The notes under the pieces are model-generated. The model was given only the letters and a program-made list of their open reading frames with translations. It was not told where the DNA came from and made no database searches. Position numbers and translations under genes: made by a program. A DNA stretch of 63,216 bases, the filler included, from Lenisia limosa (Eukaryota > Protista > Breviatea), in assembly GCA_001655205.1 (NCBI GenBank). It is 19 parts of 19 records of this genome, joined end to end, with 100 filler letters (N's around TTAATTAATTAA, not from the genome) between each part and the next. Parts side by side here need not be neighbours in the genome. Positions count along the whole stretch, not along the records: positions 34,359 to 37,175 come from LPNZ01002594.1; positions 37,276 to 38,747 come from LPNZ01003748.1; positions 38,848 to 44,514 come from LPNZ01010690.1; positions 44,615 to 47,025 come from LPNZ01005700.1; positions 47,126 to 48,859 come from LPNZ01002568.1; 14 more parts are not named here. One strand, given 5' to 3'. Positions 34,418 to 47,556 of the stretch are shown here, one piece after another. Positions within the stretch are counted from its first letter, which is position 1, and each line of letters opens with the position of its first letter.

Positions 34418-36820
34418 CTACCCTACATAGAACTCCCTATTGGTGAGCGAGGGTCTTGGAGCGGGGGGCTGGCGCAATAAACTCAGAAGGTTCAATTTGC
34501 TGGGTTGGGCTGGGGCTGCTGAGTGAGACCAAAGAGTTTCAAAATGCAAATATAGGACAAATAGTTTTAAAATAAAAAGGGGCAAATAGACTATAATTCG
34601 GAAAGGGACAATAAAAACAGTAACAAATGCAATGGAAAGGGTGTAAAAGGAGAAAAGCTGAAAGCAGATCAGTTCCGAAGACCAAGGGTGGCACTGAAAG
34701 TACAAGGATTTAGCTTGAGACGAGTTTATTTTCGACCAAACCGAGCCCCACGTTTGCCAAAGGGAACATCAGGGTTTGGTGAGAACGCTGCGTTCGTGGC
34801 CTTAATGAAGATTTGTTGAAGCGCACCGGCAATACGCTCCCTGCATTGTGAGTCATCTTTCGTGACCCTTGTAAGTCTTGCCCGGTATTATCAGATTCCA
34901 CTAAGAACAATCAGGTACTTTCCATGAAATATATCATTAATTCCTACAATCCGATAATCACACCCTGGGCTTCACTTCGGTTCGAAAAAAGACAGACTTT
35001 CTCAATAAATCCTCGAAAATGTTCGATAAAGTGAAGCCCTAATCACACCTTTGATCACAACAACTCACAACAGATCCATCTCCAAGGAATAAGATCCTTA
35101 ATCAGCATAAAAGCACGACCAAGCCAATATGTATACCTTTAATCACTCAACCCACTCTACTCATTGCTTTGTTCATATCAATTCACATGCACTTACCTTT
35201 GGTCCGCAGCGACGGCCATGATACCCCACAAAGTGCGTATAACCGCATCCACAGTGGCGTACAACGCGTCATCTTCGTGCCACTTCTCTGTCATCAGAAT
35301 CCGCAGAACGGCAAGAGCCATTTCTGAGTCTGGATGGGGGGGGGGGGGTAAAATTAGAAAANNNNNNNNNNNNNNNNNNNNNNNNNNNNNNNNNNNNNNN
35401 NNNNNNNNNNNNNNNNNNNNNNNNNNNNNNNNATGGGGGGATGGGGAGCTGGGAAATTATTACTTCACAACTATTTCTTTCTAAAAAAAACCCCCGAGGA
35501 CTTCATAAACGGTTGGCAATCATTATCATGATTTGATTAGTGATACTATTATTTTCCTTGGCAACCATATGATATCTATTTGCTGAAAGTGATAAGGTGG
35601 GTTGTATGTAATATATTGCTCCAAGAAAACAAAAAGGCGGCGGCAGCGGCGGCGGGGGGGCTGTTAACAAAGTTATTATTGGATATATTTAGACAATATC
35701 AAAGTGGACACAGTTGAGCTTAACCCTTTAAACGAACCCTTTGTTGGTTCCGACTCAGGCTGAAGAATGTTGGACAGACAACCGAAGAAAGTTTCACTCG
35801 CTAATTGGTCAGTGCTACCAAACGAGGGTATCAGATTAAACTAGACAGGGAGAGAGTTATACCAACAGGTTTTCATGGGGTACTGTTGATCAGAGGGGGT
35901 GTAATGGGACCATTATTAAAGGTTGGCCACCAGTAAGGTTAGAAGTGATTGGGTGTGTGTGTGTAAGATATCAGAGGAACAAGAGAAACATGACAAACCG
36001 AACAGCATTTTGGACTTTGAAATATTGGTCTTATCCATAATTTATAGAGGATTTATCCCAAAGCCCATGTCCGAGAGGGGAAGCGTACCATCATTTAGCG
36101 ACTGAACTGCCTGGATAACCAACTTGCGGATTGCATCGTAGAACTGTTCGAACACGGCCGGACACTCTATTAAGTAAATAAAGCCGTTGTGCTGGAAAAA
36201 GTTGTATCGCTTTGGGATGGGAAAAGTAACGAGTTAGTTATCCTTGTATATCATCATATGTACATATGATATAGTATATCATACGTTATTATAAAGCTCA
36301 GTCAAGACTGAAACATGGGTGAAGAGTAGAATGGGGCTTGTGTCTGTGTTTTTTAACGAATGAAGTAATCTTAAGCCAATCGTGTCAGGACTTATCGTGG
36401 TCTGTGTTTATGGTGACCGTCGTCACTAACGATCGGTAAAATTCGGAATGTGAAAGACAATGTTGGGTTAAATTAAAGGTATTATGTGAGTTTCATAGTC
36501 CTTAGTCCTGAGAACTTTCGACGAAACAAAAACAGTTTTAAATGCAGCAGTGTGTTTAACAACTATTTTATTTCAGAAAGAGATTAGCAGTTAATTATTA
36601 TAACAATAGAATAAAATACTTATGAAAAAAAATAATATACATGAATTGAACGTCACAGCTATTTTGTTTTATATTTTGAGTTGATGGAGCCTCTCTCAGC
36701 CCTGGGTAATCACTGTCTCACCTAGGGTGGCGGACAGTGTGAGAAGGGCTGCGTTGATGAACACAAAACCCGTGTTATTTGCACGACTGTTGGAAAGCAG
36801 GGTGTGAATCTCGGTCAAGG
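34418..36820 (-). CDS. Helical (ARM/HEAT-like) hypothetical protein, C-terminal part
   Basis: Exons ECPAVFEQFYDAIRKLVIQAVQSL and SEMALAVLRILMTEKW..VDAVIRTLWGIMAVAAD; terminal exon ..NREFYVG*. Confidence 0.5.
34965..35041. mobile_element. Family A hAT-type MITE with perfect 8-bp TSD (ATCACACC)
   Basis: TIR GGGCTTCACTT(CGGTTCGAAAAAGAC) with (T/C)AGGGC consensus ends; ATCACACC at 34957-34964 and 35042-35049. Internally deleted copy. Confidence 0.85.
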
Positions 36821-37460
36821 AGCTGAAACATACAGAAGTGGCGGGACTGTCAGGTTGGAGGGGATGCGTAGTGTTGAGGATTATCTCAATCTAAGCAGTT
36901 AGTGTTATTGAAGTGGCTGAAGAACGAAGCATCTCATATGAATTACAAACTTCATATGAACAAGATATTGAACCATGTATTATGTACATGTACATGTATA
37001 TATATTTCTATTTTCGCTACAGCTTACGTAATGGTATGGAAGGCAAGCGAAAGCGTTACTGTTTTGAGGTTTAGCCTGTTGGATGATTAGATGGATGTGG
37101 GACAATGCACGCTGATAGCTATGTAATATGTTTATCATACGGTCTCTGCACAATCCCAGTCAAAAAGTGTCTCAANNNNNNNNNNNNNNNNNNNNNNNNN
37201 NNNNNNNNNNNNNNNNNNNTTAATTAATTAANNNNNNNNNNNNNNNNNNNNNNNNNNNNNNNNNNNNNNNNNNNNAATTGGAAAATTAATGAAACAAAAA
37301 AGCCCAAATCAGGTCGTACCTGGGGGTTCAGGGTAAGATATGTAGTACATGTATATGATATGTAAATAATTTTTTGGAGTGGTATTATCCATATTAAAAG
37401 CCCCAAACAAACCTTCTCAAAACGTCCACTTAAAATCCCCATTAAAAAGCCCGAACAAAC

Positions 37461-38442
37461 CTTCTGAAAACGGTCTCGTCCTCTATTTGGCTCTTTTTCA
37501 TACTCAAAAGAAGGACAAGAGCAACTGGCAGTCCCACAACGAATATGGCACAGGCTGGGGGGGGGGGGGGNNNNNNNNNNNNNNNNNNNNNNNNNNNNNN
37601 NNNNNNNNNNNNNNNNNNNNNNNNNNNNNNNNNNNNNNNNNNNNNNNNNNNNNNNNNNNNNAACTCCAAACAAACACAAAACAGGGAGTAACTATTAAGG
37701 CTTAATTCGATTCGAAAAAATATCGATAGTGAGGATTTATCGATAAATTCAGTCTTTTTACGAACCGAAGTGAAGCCCTAGTTACAATGAACAATTTCAG
37801 AAACAAGAGCAAGCTAAAACTCTGTTGAACATTAAAGGAAGAAAGGAGGGCTCAAAGAAAAAGCCCAATCGCTTCAGCAGATTAAAAAGAAAAAGAGGAA
37901 AGCCCCCCTCGCCCACCCGCAATAGCCACGGGGATGAACTGCTTATGAGTGCCTTGGAAGCACTGCACTGAAGGGTCGGAATTGAGCGTCCATGTGTCGT
38001 CATTCTATGGGGGTTAGGACCTGTCGCAAGGCAATGATACACCTCAGGCCTGCCAAAATGAAGAACAGCGTCACTATTTGGAGCTATTGGGGTGGGGGTA
38101 AATTTGGAAAATTTATGAAAAACCCCAAAATCAACTCTGTTGGCTGACAACACACAAGGGTTNNNNNNNNNNNNNNNNNNNNNNNNNNNNNNNNNNNNNN
38201 NNNNNNNNNNNNNNNNNNNNNNNNNNNNNNNNNNNNNNNNNNNNNNNNNNNNNNNNNNNNNNNNNAGAAGAAAATCAACTCTATTGCTAACAAATGTTCG
38301 CTCTAATAGAAGCCCCTCCTACCTCCTGGGAGCAATTGAAGAATGTAAGGGCTGCAGTCACAAAAGGAAGGTAGGTGAGTACAGCAAGCGTCCACATAGA
38401 TCGGATTGCAGCGTCTCTTCCAATCTTCCCCTGTTGTTCCTG
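37461..38442 (-). CDS. Multi-pass membrane protein fragment (protist 7TM-like C-terminal domain)
   Basis: SMWTLAVLTYLPFVTAALTFFNC..LQC..CAIFVVGLPVALVLLLSMKKSQIEDETVFRR pattern. Confidence 0.55.
38088..38162 (-). repeat. Family B body+tail near the 3' splice site
   Basis: AACCCTTGTGTGTTGTCAGCCAACAGAGTTGATTTTGGGGTTTTTCATAAATTTTCCAAATTTACCCCCACCCC. Confidence 0.85.
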
Positions 38443-38669
38443 CTTAGCTGTGGTGGTGAGTGTATCGTCTCACTATCCCGTTGGCAAGCAATCTGTACTT
38501 TTCATATAGTACAAAGTAGTATAATATATCATTTGAGATGAATAACAGTATGACCATTCCACAAACCACAATACGAACCAAAGATGTTGGGAGAAATTGC
38601 ACTCTCTTTGTGATATCCACAGCCCCCTCTCTTTACTATGCGTTGGAACTTTTATGCTACGAAGAAATG

Positions 38670-38747
38670 ATCATTCAACATACCCCCTTAAGAACGTCCC
38701 AGCATACCCCTTTAAGAACGTCCCAGCATACCCCTTTAAGAACGTCC
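38670..38747. repeat. 23-24 bp tandem repeat (CATACCCCTTTAAGAACGTCCCAG) x3
   Basis: Direct inspection; array truncated by the contig end. Confidence 0.85.
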
Positions 38748-38848
38748 NNNNNNNNNNNNNNNNNNNNNNNNNNNNNNNNNNNNNNNNNNNNTTAATTAAT
38801 TAANNNNNNNNNNNNNNNNNNNNNNNNNNNNNNNNNNNNNNNNNNNNA

Positions 38849-39084
38849 GAAGCTCCTCGTGTTCCTCCAGAACTTCCATAACGACAAGGATGACGACCAG
38901 GTTGGAGGGAGACATTATTATATTTTTATTTATGCTGGGGAGGTACACTAAACTCTAATGGACGGCTTCGGCCGGATACAAGGTTGTTTTTTATTTCATT
39001 TGAATCATTATTTCATGCTTTTTTCTTACCACCCAGTTCAACGATGAGAAGACCTTCCTCATGAAGCAAATTAAGGATTTATAG
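38849..39084 (+). CDS. CAB39: MO25/CAB39 family protein, last two exons
   Basis: KLLVFLQNFHNDKDDDQ|FNDEKTFLMKQIKDL* matches the MO25 C-terminus ([25 protein letters not shown]). Confidence 0.88.
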
Positions 39085-39472
39085 CTGCCGAGCTTTAGTT
39101 GTTTTTCTTAGGGTTGTGGATCGTGTTTTCTTGATGTTTTCGAATTATTTATGGGTGTTTGTTTTTAAGATGGTTGATGTTGGGGGGGGGGGGGGNNNNN
39201 NNNNNNNNNNNNNNNNNNNNNNNNNNNNNNNNNNNNNNNNNNNNNNNNNNNNNNNNNNNNNNNNNNNNNNNNNNNNNNNNNTTTTTAATTTTATTTTAAA
39301 AAAATACACATAATTTCGCTGCAAACGATCCAGTTTGATCTGGAAATGCCAAAAGCGAAATAAAATTGATGGAAAGAACAGAGGAAACGAACACGACAGA
39401 AATAACAACACCACAACACATAGCAACAAAAACGGAAGACGACTCCTCCTGCCCGTTCCCCACTCAGAAACA

Positions 39473-42400
39473 ATGGAGGACGCTCGCTTCGTTAAAAAGT
39501 AGCGCTTGCCCAAGCCTCTCTTCCTTTACTCTTCTTTAGACGAGTGCTTGTCAATGAAATCGAGGTGGACCCGAAGGAAGACGCTCTACTGATTCATTAC
39601 CAAGTTGGCTCTTCTTGGCGTATCCGTTATTTTTCTCTCGTTTATTGAGGCAAGAGAACAAGTCAAATCAAATCCTGGCTCTATTTCACAGCAATATTAG
39701 GGGACTTTACGTTGATCATTTCAAGATTTTGTTAATGTGAAGCCAAATATATTTCATCCCCTTTCTAGCTTTAACAGTTTGTCTTTTGTTGTCCACTATC
39801 TGTGAGTGAGAATGATCTCTTTTAACTTATTTCTCGTTGCATGTGTATTTATCCAAAATTTTGAGCTTATTTCTTCAGATATGTGTATTCATCAAAAGCT
39901 ACCCTTTATCAGGAAAGTCTCTTCTTAAACGAAATAGAATCAACTTATTTTATTGTGCTCTTCATAAAACGAACTTTCTTTACACCATATAAAGCTCAAT
40001 ATCCGTGGCAGGTCTTTTCAGCGATCAGTGTATGATATNNNNNNNNNNNNNNNNNNNNNNNNNNNNNNNNNNNNNNNNNNNNNNNNNNNNNNNNNNNNNN
40101 NNNNNNNNNNNNAGCAATATCCCGGTCAGTGTAAATATCCTTGTTCTCCTCGAGAGCTGACCTTTTAAGGTTGAGGCGTCTCTTCTGGGTGAAGGAGGTG
40201 AAGACAATGTTATGCATGTTGAAACTAGACAAAATATTAAGAGGTTAGGGGGGGGGGGAGGCAAAACACTGTTTTTGATTTGAAAACAAAAGAGAGAAAC
40301 AAAGCCCTGAGATAACACAAACTATAAAACAGTTTGGAGAAGGTGGGTACTAATCATTGGAGTATGGCAACCCAATTGATATTGTGCATAAATTGTTGTG
40401 TAAATGTTCTCCTAGTATTTTCCAAAGTAGAGCCTGACGTAATAATTGCTACGACTCCCTGCAATTAATAATTAAATTTTGAATTTTGAAGTGGTACTTG
40501 AACTAGGTCACTTTGGTTCGAAAAAAGACTGTATTTCTAGATAAATCCTCGAAAGCTTTCGATATTTTACCGGTCTTTTTAGAACCGAAGTGAAGCCCTA
40601 ACTAGAACCCTTTTCAAACACTTTATTTTCAAAGTTTATCAATAAATTTCTTCACAAAAAAAATTGCAAGGAGTTTAAATTATTTTCAAGGGTGTGCTTC
40701 ACAGGGCTGAGCAGCAAATGTGACCCAAGCGCCGTGGCTGACCAAGTTCTTGCTACCGCTGATTTTATTCATAATTCTAAGGTGGGGGTTTGGGGGTACA
40801 AATGTACAATTTTATGGTGGGGGACATATACATTATTATATGTAGCTACAATGGGTTATATTATACGATATGTATCCTAATATGATGATAAACAAGGATC
40901 TGATCTCACGATTTGGTGGGTTTTGCTCCCCTAGCACTGGGCTATGTTTTGTTTTTAACCCTTGTCTTGTGTGTTTTCCAAATGCCAACAAACAGAGTTG
41001 ATTCTGGGTTTGTTTTGTTTCATTAATGTTCCTTTTTTTTTCTCTGTATTTTTTTTTTTTGTTGTGCTTGTTTAGAGTTTCAAATTATTCGGTTCGTGAT
41101 CAGTACCTTTACCAATGTTCTTCATTGAAGTTTTCTTCTTTTACTCCCCTAGCAATNNNNNNNNNNNNNNNNNNNNNNNNNNNNNNNNNNNNNNNNNNNN
41201 NNNNNNNNNNNNNNNNNNNNNNNNNNNNNNNNNNNNNNNNNNNNNNNNNNNNNNTTTTTTTCTTCATACTTTTATTTTACTTCCGCTAGCACGAGGAGAT
41301 TACACAGAGGATCGAGTTCCTCCTCAGAAGGCCACGGAAGAAAGCAGGTAGGAGAAGAGGAAATTTGTAACGCAAATGATTGGGTGGATTAATAATATGC
41401 TAAGGAGGCTTGCAGAAAGCTGTGTACACAGAGTTGTAAAGCAAATGATTGGGTGAATCAATAAATCCAATATGAGCTGTTCTCACTCTTTTAGTACTGA
41501 AGAGGAAGGGATCAGTTGCGGTTTGCAGGGGGTCACGGATATGGGAATGTTGATGGGTTTCTTTTGAAAATCTGGTTTGTGTGTTATCTTATTGATTTAG
41601 TATAAAATTTTCATATTGAACCGTATTGGTACTTTCCGTGTTAACAACAAGGTAGAAAAACGATGCCGACCCAGCGAAGCTTGAGGAATATCAAGAAGGT
41701 CTGTATGAGGATGACGCTCGCCTCAAAATTCAAAGTGCTGCAAAAATCGCCAATTTGTTCTCACAGCATCACAATTTACATGACTTCTCACAAAATGGTT
41801 TGTGGTATTTTTTTATTGCTGTTAAGGTTATCAAGAGTTTCAGATTCTTTAAATGCTTCATTGATAACACTTTGTACATGATACGTTCTGTTATGTCCTC
41901 TTCATCATTTTTAATCATTGTCCCGGATACAACCTTTTTGTCTTTATCGATATGATATTAATCTGCTCCAACCCAACATTCGAGATGCAACTTTATTTTA
42001 TTATCTCATTGCTATACATTAATATAGTGTAATATAATCCAATATCGTTGATAAGAGAGATGGTGTTGACGGCTTCGGTCAGATCTTGTTTTATTTCTCA
42101 TTTCTATACAGTAATATTATATAGCTGCAGAAATGAGCATTCCTATTTATCTGCTGCAGAAATGCTACTGAACGCGCTGGCGCGCATGTTGCGCGAAGAA
42201 GGCAAACGGAGCATCGACCTAACCACGCAGCTCCTTTCGGCCTTCTTCCATCTGTCAACGTTCCCGATCTTTCACAACGTGCTCAAGGAAGTGGGGGGGG
42301 GGGCGTTGGCTGATAAGGAAATGGGAAGGTTTTGTATATTGTGACAGACAAAAACAGTATTTTACCGGAGTTTCAGATTGAACCTTTACGGCAATATTCT

Positions 42401-44488
42401 TCATCGAAACTTACTTCTTTTTACCCACCCCCCCTTCTTCAGCTGAGAATCGGGTCCCTGACCTTGACCGTTGTGGAGAGGGTGGCAAAACGTCTTGAGG
42501 CGGCCACGAGGAAACCCATTACCGACGCGGAGGGCCAGAAGCTTGACCGTTTACTTTATTGTTGGGGGTGTACTGGAGGGATTGAGGACAAAATAAGCTT
42601 CACCGTTTACTTTATTGTGCCCCATCCCCCAGTATGTTGTTTTTTTGTTTCATATGATTATGATATTGTCATTAAAACTGTCAAATTTCCATTATTTCCC
42701 TCCTTTTTCCCAGTATGCTTTTAACCCACTAAATTACTTCATTTACGTCTACGCTGGAGTGATGGAATGCGGTACTGCAGAAGCGACNNNNNNNNNNNNN
42801 NNNNNNNNNNNNNNNNNNNNNNNNNNNNNNNNNNNNNNNNNNNNNNNNNNNNNNNNNNNNNNNNNNNNNNNNNNNNNNNNNNNNNNNNNNNNNNNNNNNN
42901 NNNNNNNNNNNNNNNNNNNNNNNNNNNNNNNNNNNNNNNNNNNNNNNNNNNNNNNNTGAACCTTAGTGAGCAAGCAGCATCTCAGTCCAAAATGAAGAAG
43001 GCGGGCATCATTGAGTTGGGGGGAATCATTGATTGGGCAATGGAGATTTGTTATAAGCAGGGCTTCACTTAGGTTCAAAAGTAAACTGAATTTTGCGACA
43101 AATCCTCGAAAATTATCGATATGCCCTAGTTATAATGCTCTGTGGTGAAATAGGATGTAATCGTAATACGGCCGTATTTCTTCAAAGTTGTAACCCAGCT
43201 ATCTGTTATGTCTTATCATTCTACATCCTTCCTTTCCAATACTTTCACTCGGAAACCGGCATGACGCTACAGCCATCTTATTGCCGCCTTGAGTCGCCCT
43301 GATGCTGACCTCGTAATGCTGATTCTGACTTTCCTGAAGTCTATGTCAGTGTACCAGGAGAGTGTTGATGAAATGGTGGGTGGGGGGGGGGGCTTTCTCT
43401 TTTCTTTATTTCTTCCTTTCTTCCTTTCTTCCTTTCTCCCTTTCTTTCTTTTTTTCTTTCTTTCTTTCTTTCTTTCTCCCTTTCAACTAGCAAGCATATG
43501 ATCGGGTATTTTATCAAACTATAAACGATTTCGAGCAAGCATGGTTGTGTGGACGGCCTCAGCCTGATACTTCCCACTGTTTAGCTGACAGAGATGATTT
43601 TGGGTTTGATGGTGTATTTCTTCTAACATATCTTTGATGCGATATCTCTGTTTCTTCTAACATATCGTTGATGCGATGTCTCTACTTCTTCTAACATTTC
43701 AGCGCAAGTTGAATCTAATGAGTCAAATGGTTGACCTCATCCCATGTGAACACACTGTAAGATGTGATAGTTTCATTTAATATCAATATATGTTTTTAAA
43801 TCATATTTTTTTTATTCATTTGTGAGCGGGACAATTTTTGTTATTTTTNNNNNNNNNNNNNNNNNNNNNNNNNNNNNNNNNNNNNNNNNNNNNNNNNNNN
43901 NNNNNNNNNNNNNNNNNNNNNNNNNNNNNNNNNNNNNNNNNNNNNNNNNNNNNNNNNNNNNNNNNNNNNNNNNNNNNNNAATCTTTGTTTACCAAATTAA
44001 GAAGTTATAAAAGCCTTACTTACCATATTAGGAAGTTATGAAGCTCTCCCTCCAACTTTGCCGCAATGTATTATTGGACCCTCGAACACGTCAGTCTGAG
44101 GCGGCTCAAAATCTGATCCCCAATGTAAGCCCTTTTTATATGACATGAATATTTTTGAGATTCGTGATGATTTGGACTGCTTCTGTCTGATACTACAGCA
44201 CTATCTGTTATAAACGTGATGTGGACGGTTTCATTCAAATCGTCTTTCTCAATTCGTCTGTTTTTGTTTTGAATTTCTGGTTTCACTATTCCAAAAGGGG
44301 ATGGAAATTACCTTGAAAATATCAACTTTTTTTGCTTTAAAATTATATTACTTATATATATATATTACTTTTAAATTACTTTGAAATCTACGGTCCGATT
44401 TCTTGCCTTTAACAGGGATCTAGATTGTTGCTCTTCTCAAAGACCCCCCTTTCCGCGGAACCGCAATAAATCTCCTCTATATTTACAG
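39473..44488 (+). CDS. KIFAP3: Kinesin-associated protein 3 (kinesin-II accessory subunit), 5' part
   Basis: MEDARFVKK|RVLVNEIEVDPKEDALLIHYQ|VEASLLGE..|..EEYQEGLYEDD..|LNALARMLREEGKRSIDLTTQ..|LRIGSL..|..MVDLIPCEH; collinear with KAP3. Confidence 0.92.
40504..40600. mobile_element. Family A hAT-type MITE
   Basis: TIRs flanked by ACTTGAAC / ACTAGAAC (7/8 TSD match). Confidence 0.8.
40930..41030 (+). repeat. Family B copy in a KIFAP3 intron
   Basis: CTGGGCTATGTTTTG..AACCCTTG..AACAGAGTTGATTCTGGGTTTGTTTTGTTTCAT. A further head (TACGCTGGAGTGATGGAATGCGGTACTGCAGAAGCGAC) is at 42752-42787. Confidence 0.8.
43058..43128. mobile_element. Family A hAT-type MITE (deleted)
   Basis: CAGGGCTTCACTT..GCCCTA flanked by GTTATAAG / GTTATAAT (7/8). 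Confidence 0.8.
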
Positions 44489-45312
44489 GTGAGAAAGGTG
44501 GTGCTTTTGAAAAGNNNNNNNNNNNNNNNNNNNNNNNNNNNNNNNNNNNNNNNNNNNNTTAATTAATTAANNNNNNNNNNNNNNNNNNNNNNNNNNNNNN
44601 NNNNNNNNNNNNNNCCTTTGAAGTCAACATATATTATATTACAAACTCGGTTTTTTGACCAGAAGGAAATACACACATGCGAATAAAACATAAAGAGACA
44701 CTATTGCGTATGGTCAGGACTTATCGTGATCAGTGTACATACAGTGACCGCGATAAGTCTTGACTGATTATTTCAAGAGAAATCTGAGTCCCGTCGATCA
44801 AGATTTTGGTCACTCTATATTAATTCCATTCTAGGGGAACAAATATGTACAATGGGGCACGTATATTGAGCTTTATCTTTAGTCAATCGTGTAAGGCCTT
44901 ATCGCGGTCACTCATAGTAAATTAATAATAGTAATTAAAGTCATCATGAAAATATGTTCATCGCGACACCCCATAAACATGGATGCTTGTGTTTTCTTTT
45001 GTAATTTACATCTATACATTTGTAGCAAAACGTGAAATGTATATAAAGTGACCGCTATAAGCCCTGACACGATTGACTCAATATCCGTATCAGCACGTAT
45101 CGCAGACAGTTTGTGAAGTATATCGGTGTATGCTCTGAAAAACAGCTGTGCAACTTAATCTTGTACAACTAGGTCCCAAAAAAGCCCCATAAACCCTCGA
45201 TAAATATCGATATTTAGCCAGTCTATTTCAGACTACAAGGAAGGTTTCCTGAAAAGAAGAAAACCCCGAACATAAACAAGAGGATCACGTGCCAAAAAAG
45301 ACCTCCACGAAC

Positions 45313-46055
45313 CTTCAACACCTTCTCGAACATGAGATAGTTGTCCATGGTCTCGGCAGCGATCTGAGCAACATTTGTGTCCGCAAACTCAACGAACGCG
45401 TAGCCCCTTGATTTACCGGTCTACAAAGTTAACAGCAGCTTTATTGCAGGGGAGGGGGGGGGGGGAGNNNNNNNNNNNNNNNNNNNNNNNNNNNNNNNNN
45501 NNNNNNNNNNNNNNNNNNNNNNNNNNNNNNNNNNNNNNNNNNNNNNNNNNNNNNNNNNNNNNNNNNNNNNNNNNNNNNNNNNNNNNACACACGAGGATTG
45601 AGAACAAAAAGAAAGCCCAGGCCAGACGCTTCTGAAACACCACATCCCCATCAGCAAGAGGGGGGGGGGGACAGCTTTCACATATCACATGCCCTTGATC
45701 TTTCATTCATTATACTCTCTCATTCTCTTTGTCTCCCCCCCACACATCTTCCATTCACATTCACGAGAGGAATGGGCAGAGTCAACCCAGATGCTCCCCA
45801 GCCATCATAGGGAAGCAAGATCAGTCTTACTCAGCCACGCTCACCTTGGGGTTTCTGGACACACGGATGCGATTTACTGTTCCGAACTGGCTGAAATAGC
45901 CCCTCATAGCATCTTCAAAGAAACCGAATGGGATATGTCCGATGTAGAGAACTCCAGGCACCGCTTCATAGTCATCTTCAACCTTGGTGGTAAGAAGCAA
46001 GCACGAACATGAAAGAGCTAACCTCCACCTTTGAAAGCTTCTTTCCACGTCCCAT
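45313..46055 (-). CDS. NIFK: NIFK/Nop15-like nucleolar RRM protein (5' part)
   Basis: MGRGKKLSK|..[38 protein letters not shown]|[29 protein letters not shown]. Confidence 0.9.
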
Positions 46056-46408
46056 TGTGACTCTATTAACTTAAAAAACGTCTGAGGAGAAGAGAAGAAG
46101 GTTAGCAACGAGTGTCAGGTGGACTTTGATAAATAAAACACTCCTGTCGGCTGAAATGTGTTATTTGGTACACTAGGCGATTGACACGCGTAAAAAAGAG
46201 GGCTTTTGAGATATTTTTTCGTGATAAAGCCTGGTATGTAAATAATGTTACTAATGCAATATGTTTCTTATCTGTGGCCTCCTCCCATGTTTTGGCCCTT
46301 TTTGTGTAGTGGTATATTTATTAACTATAATATACGAAAAGGCAAATAGCTCTTCTTTTAGTTTTAGTTTTTTTTAGTGAAGACTTTTTTTGACACAAAA
46401 CAGGCAAA

Positions 46409-46688
46409 ATGGTTTGCATAGAGTTTGGAAATAACTAATTATATTATAGTCAGCGGCAACAGCCACCAAAAACGAAATCACGCTTCGTGGATCAACGGCC
46501 ATTGTGACTGAGTTCTTTGGTGGGCTCTTCCCTCATTGAATAAGGCTAATTTCCGTTTAGGCTATGCTATCAACAGCATCCTCTATCAGCGCGGCCTCTA
46601 CCCTCCTGATACCTTCAAACGGATTCAGAAGTATAACCTTGCCATGCTAGTGACCACAGACGAGCAGTTGGACGCTTACCTTAATCAG
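46409..46688 (+). CDS. MAD2: Spindle checkpoint protein MAD2 (first three exons)
   Basis: M|SAATATKNEITLRGSTAIVTEFFG|YAINSILYQRGLYPPDTFKRIQKYNLAMLVTTD; an intron directly follows the ATG. Confidence 0.93.
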
Positions 46689-47556
46689 GTATGAGCGTCG
46701 TTTCGATTATATTGTCTTTTTATGGGGAATAGAGGGGAAAGGGTTGTGGATTTTGAGATAGAGTCCAGACCTAACCACATATTCCGTTGAACGTTTTGTT
46801 ATCATGCGCACTATTACACTCTGTAATACGGAGGAAACGAGAAATTAGGGAGTATTAGGTAGTGTCAGCGCTTAATGTACACTGATCGTGGTAAATCTTA
46901 ACCAATTTGCTCTATAAAATCCTGTCAAGACTTCACACGTCACTATATTATGAATCCTCGTATGTTAGTTAATTCTGGGTTGTTTGTTTCATAAATTCTC
47001 CAATTTACCCCCCCCCCCCTTGCTCNNNNNNNNNNNNNNNNNNNNNNNNNNNNNNNNNNNNNNNNNNNNTTAATTAATTAANNNNNNNNNNNNNNNNNNN
47101 NNNNNNNNNNNNNNNNNNNNNNNNNGAGTATCAATCACGGCTCCGTGTAAGTAATTTTTTGAAGAAGTAAATTGACAAAATTAGAAATGGAAAAATTATG
47201 AAATAAAAAATTCCCAAAATCAAAAAAAAAGGGGGGGGTGAAAATGGAAAACTGTTCCACAAACAGTATAATCGACTCGGTTGACTTAGTGAAAAACGCA
47301 ATGTTGGGGGGTGGAGGGGGGAGGGGGTGGAAATAACTTTGGGTCGAAAGCTCTTCTGCAAACCCCGGAACTGACCCCCATAAATGCAACAACCTTCATT
47401 TTCATATCAATGCACACACTTGCAGTTGCCATTTCGGGGAATTCAATAAGAGGAATTTATTAAAGGAATTCTAAATTCCTTCAATTCTTTTTTGTGGCGT
47501 GTCTTCCCCTGGCCGAGGAGGCAGAGATTACAATCTTTGGATTTTTTTGACCTTCA

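Noticed and set aside
42752-42787. Family B as a tRNA-derived SINE (TGGAGTGATGG as an A box)
   Set aside because: Poor match to the A-box consensus, no B box (GTTCRA) at suitable spacing, and no poly-A tail or TSD seen. The class is left open.
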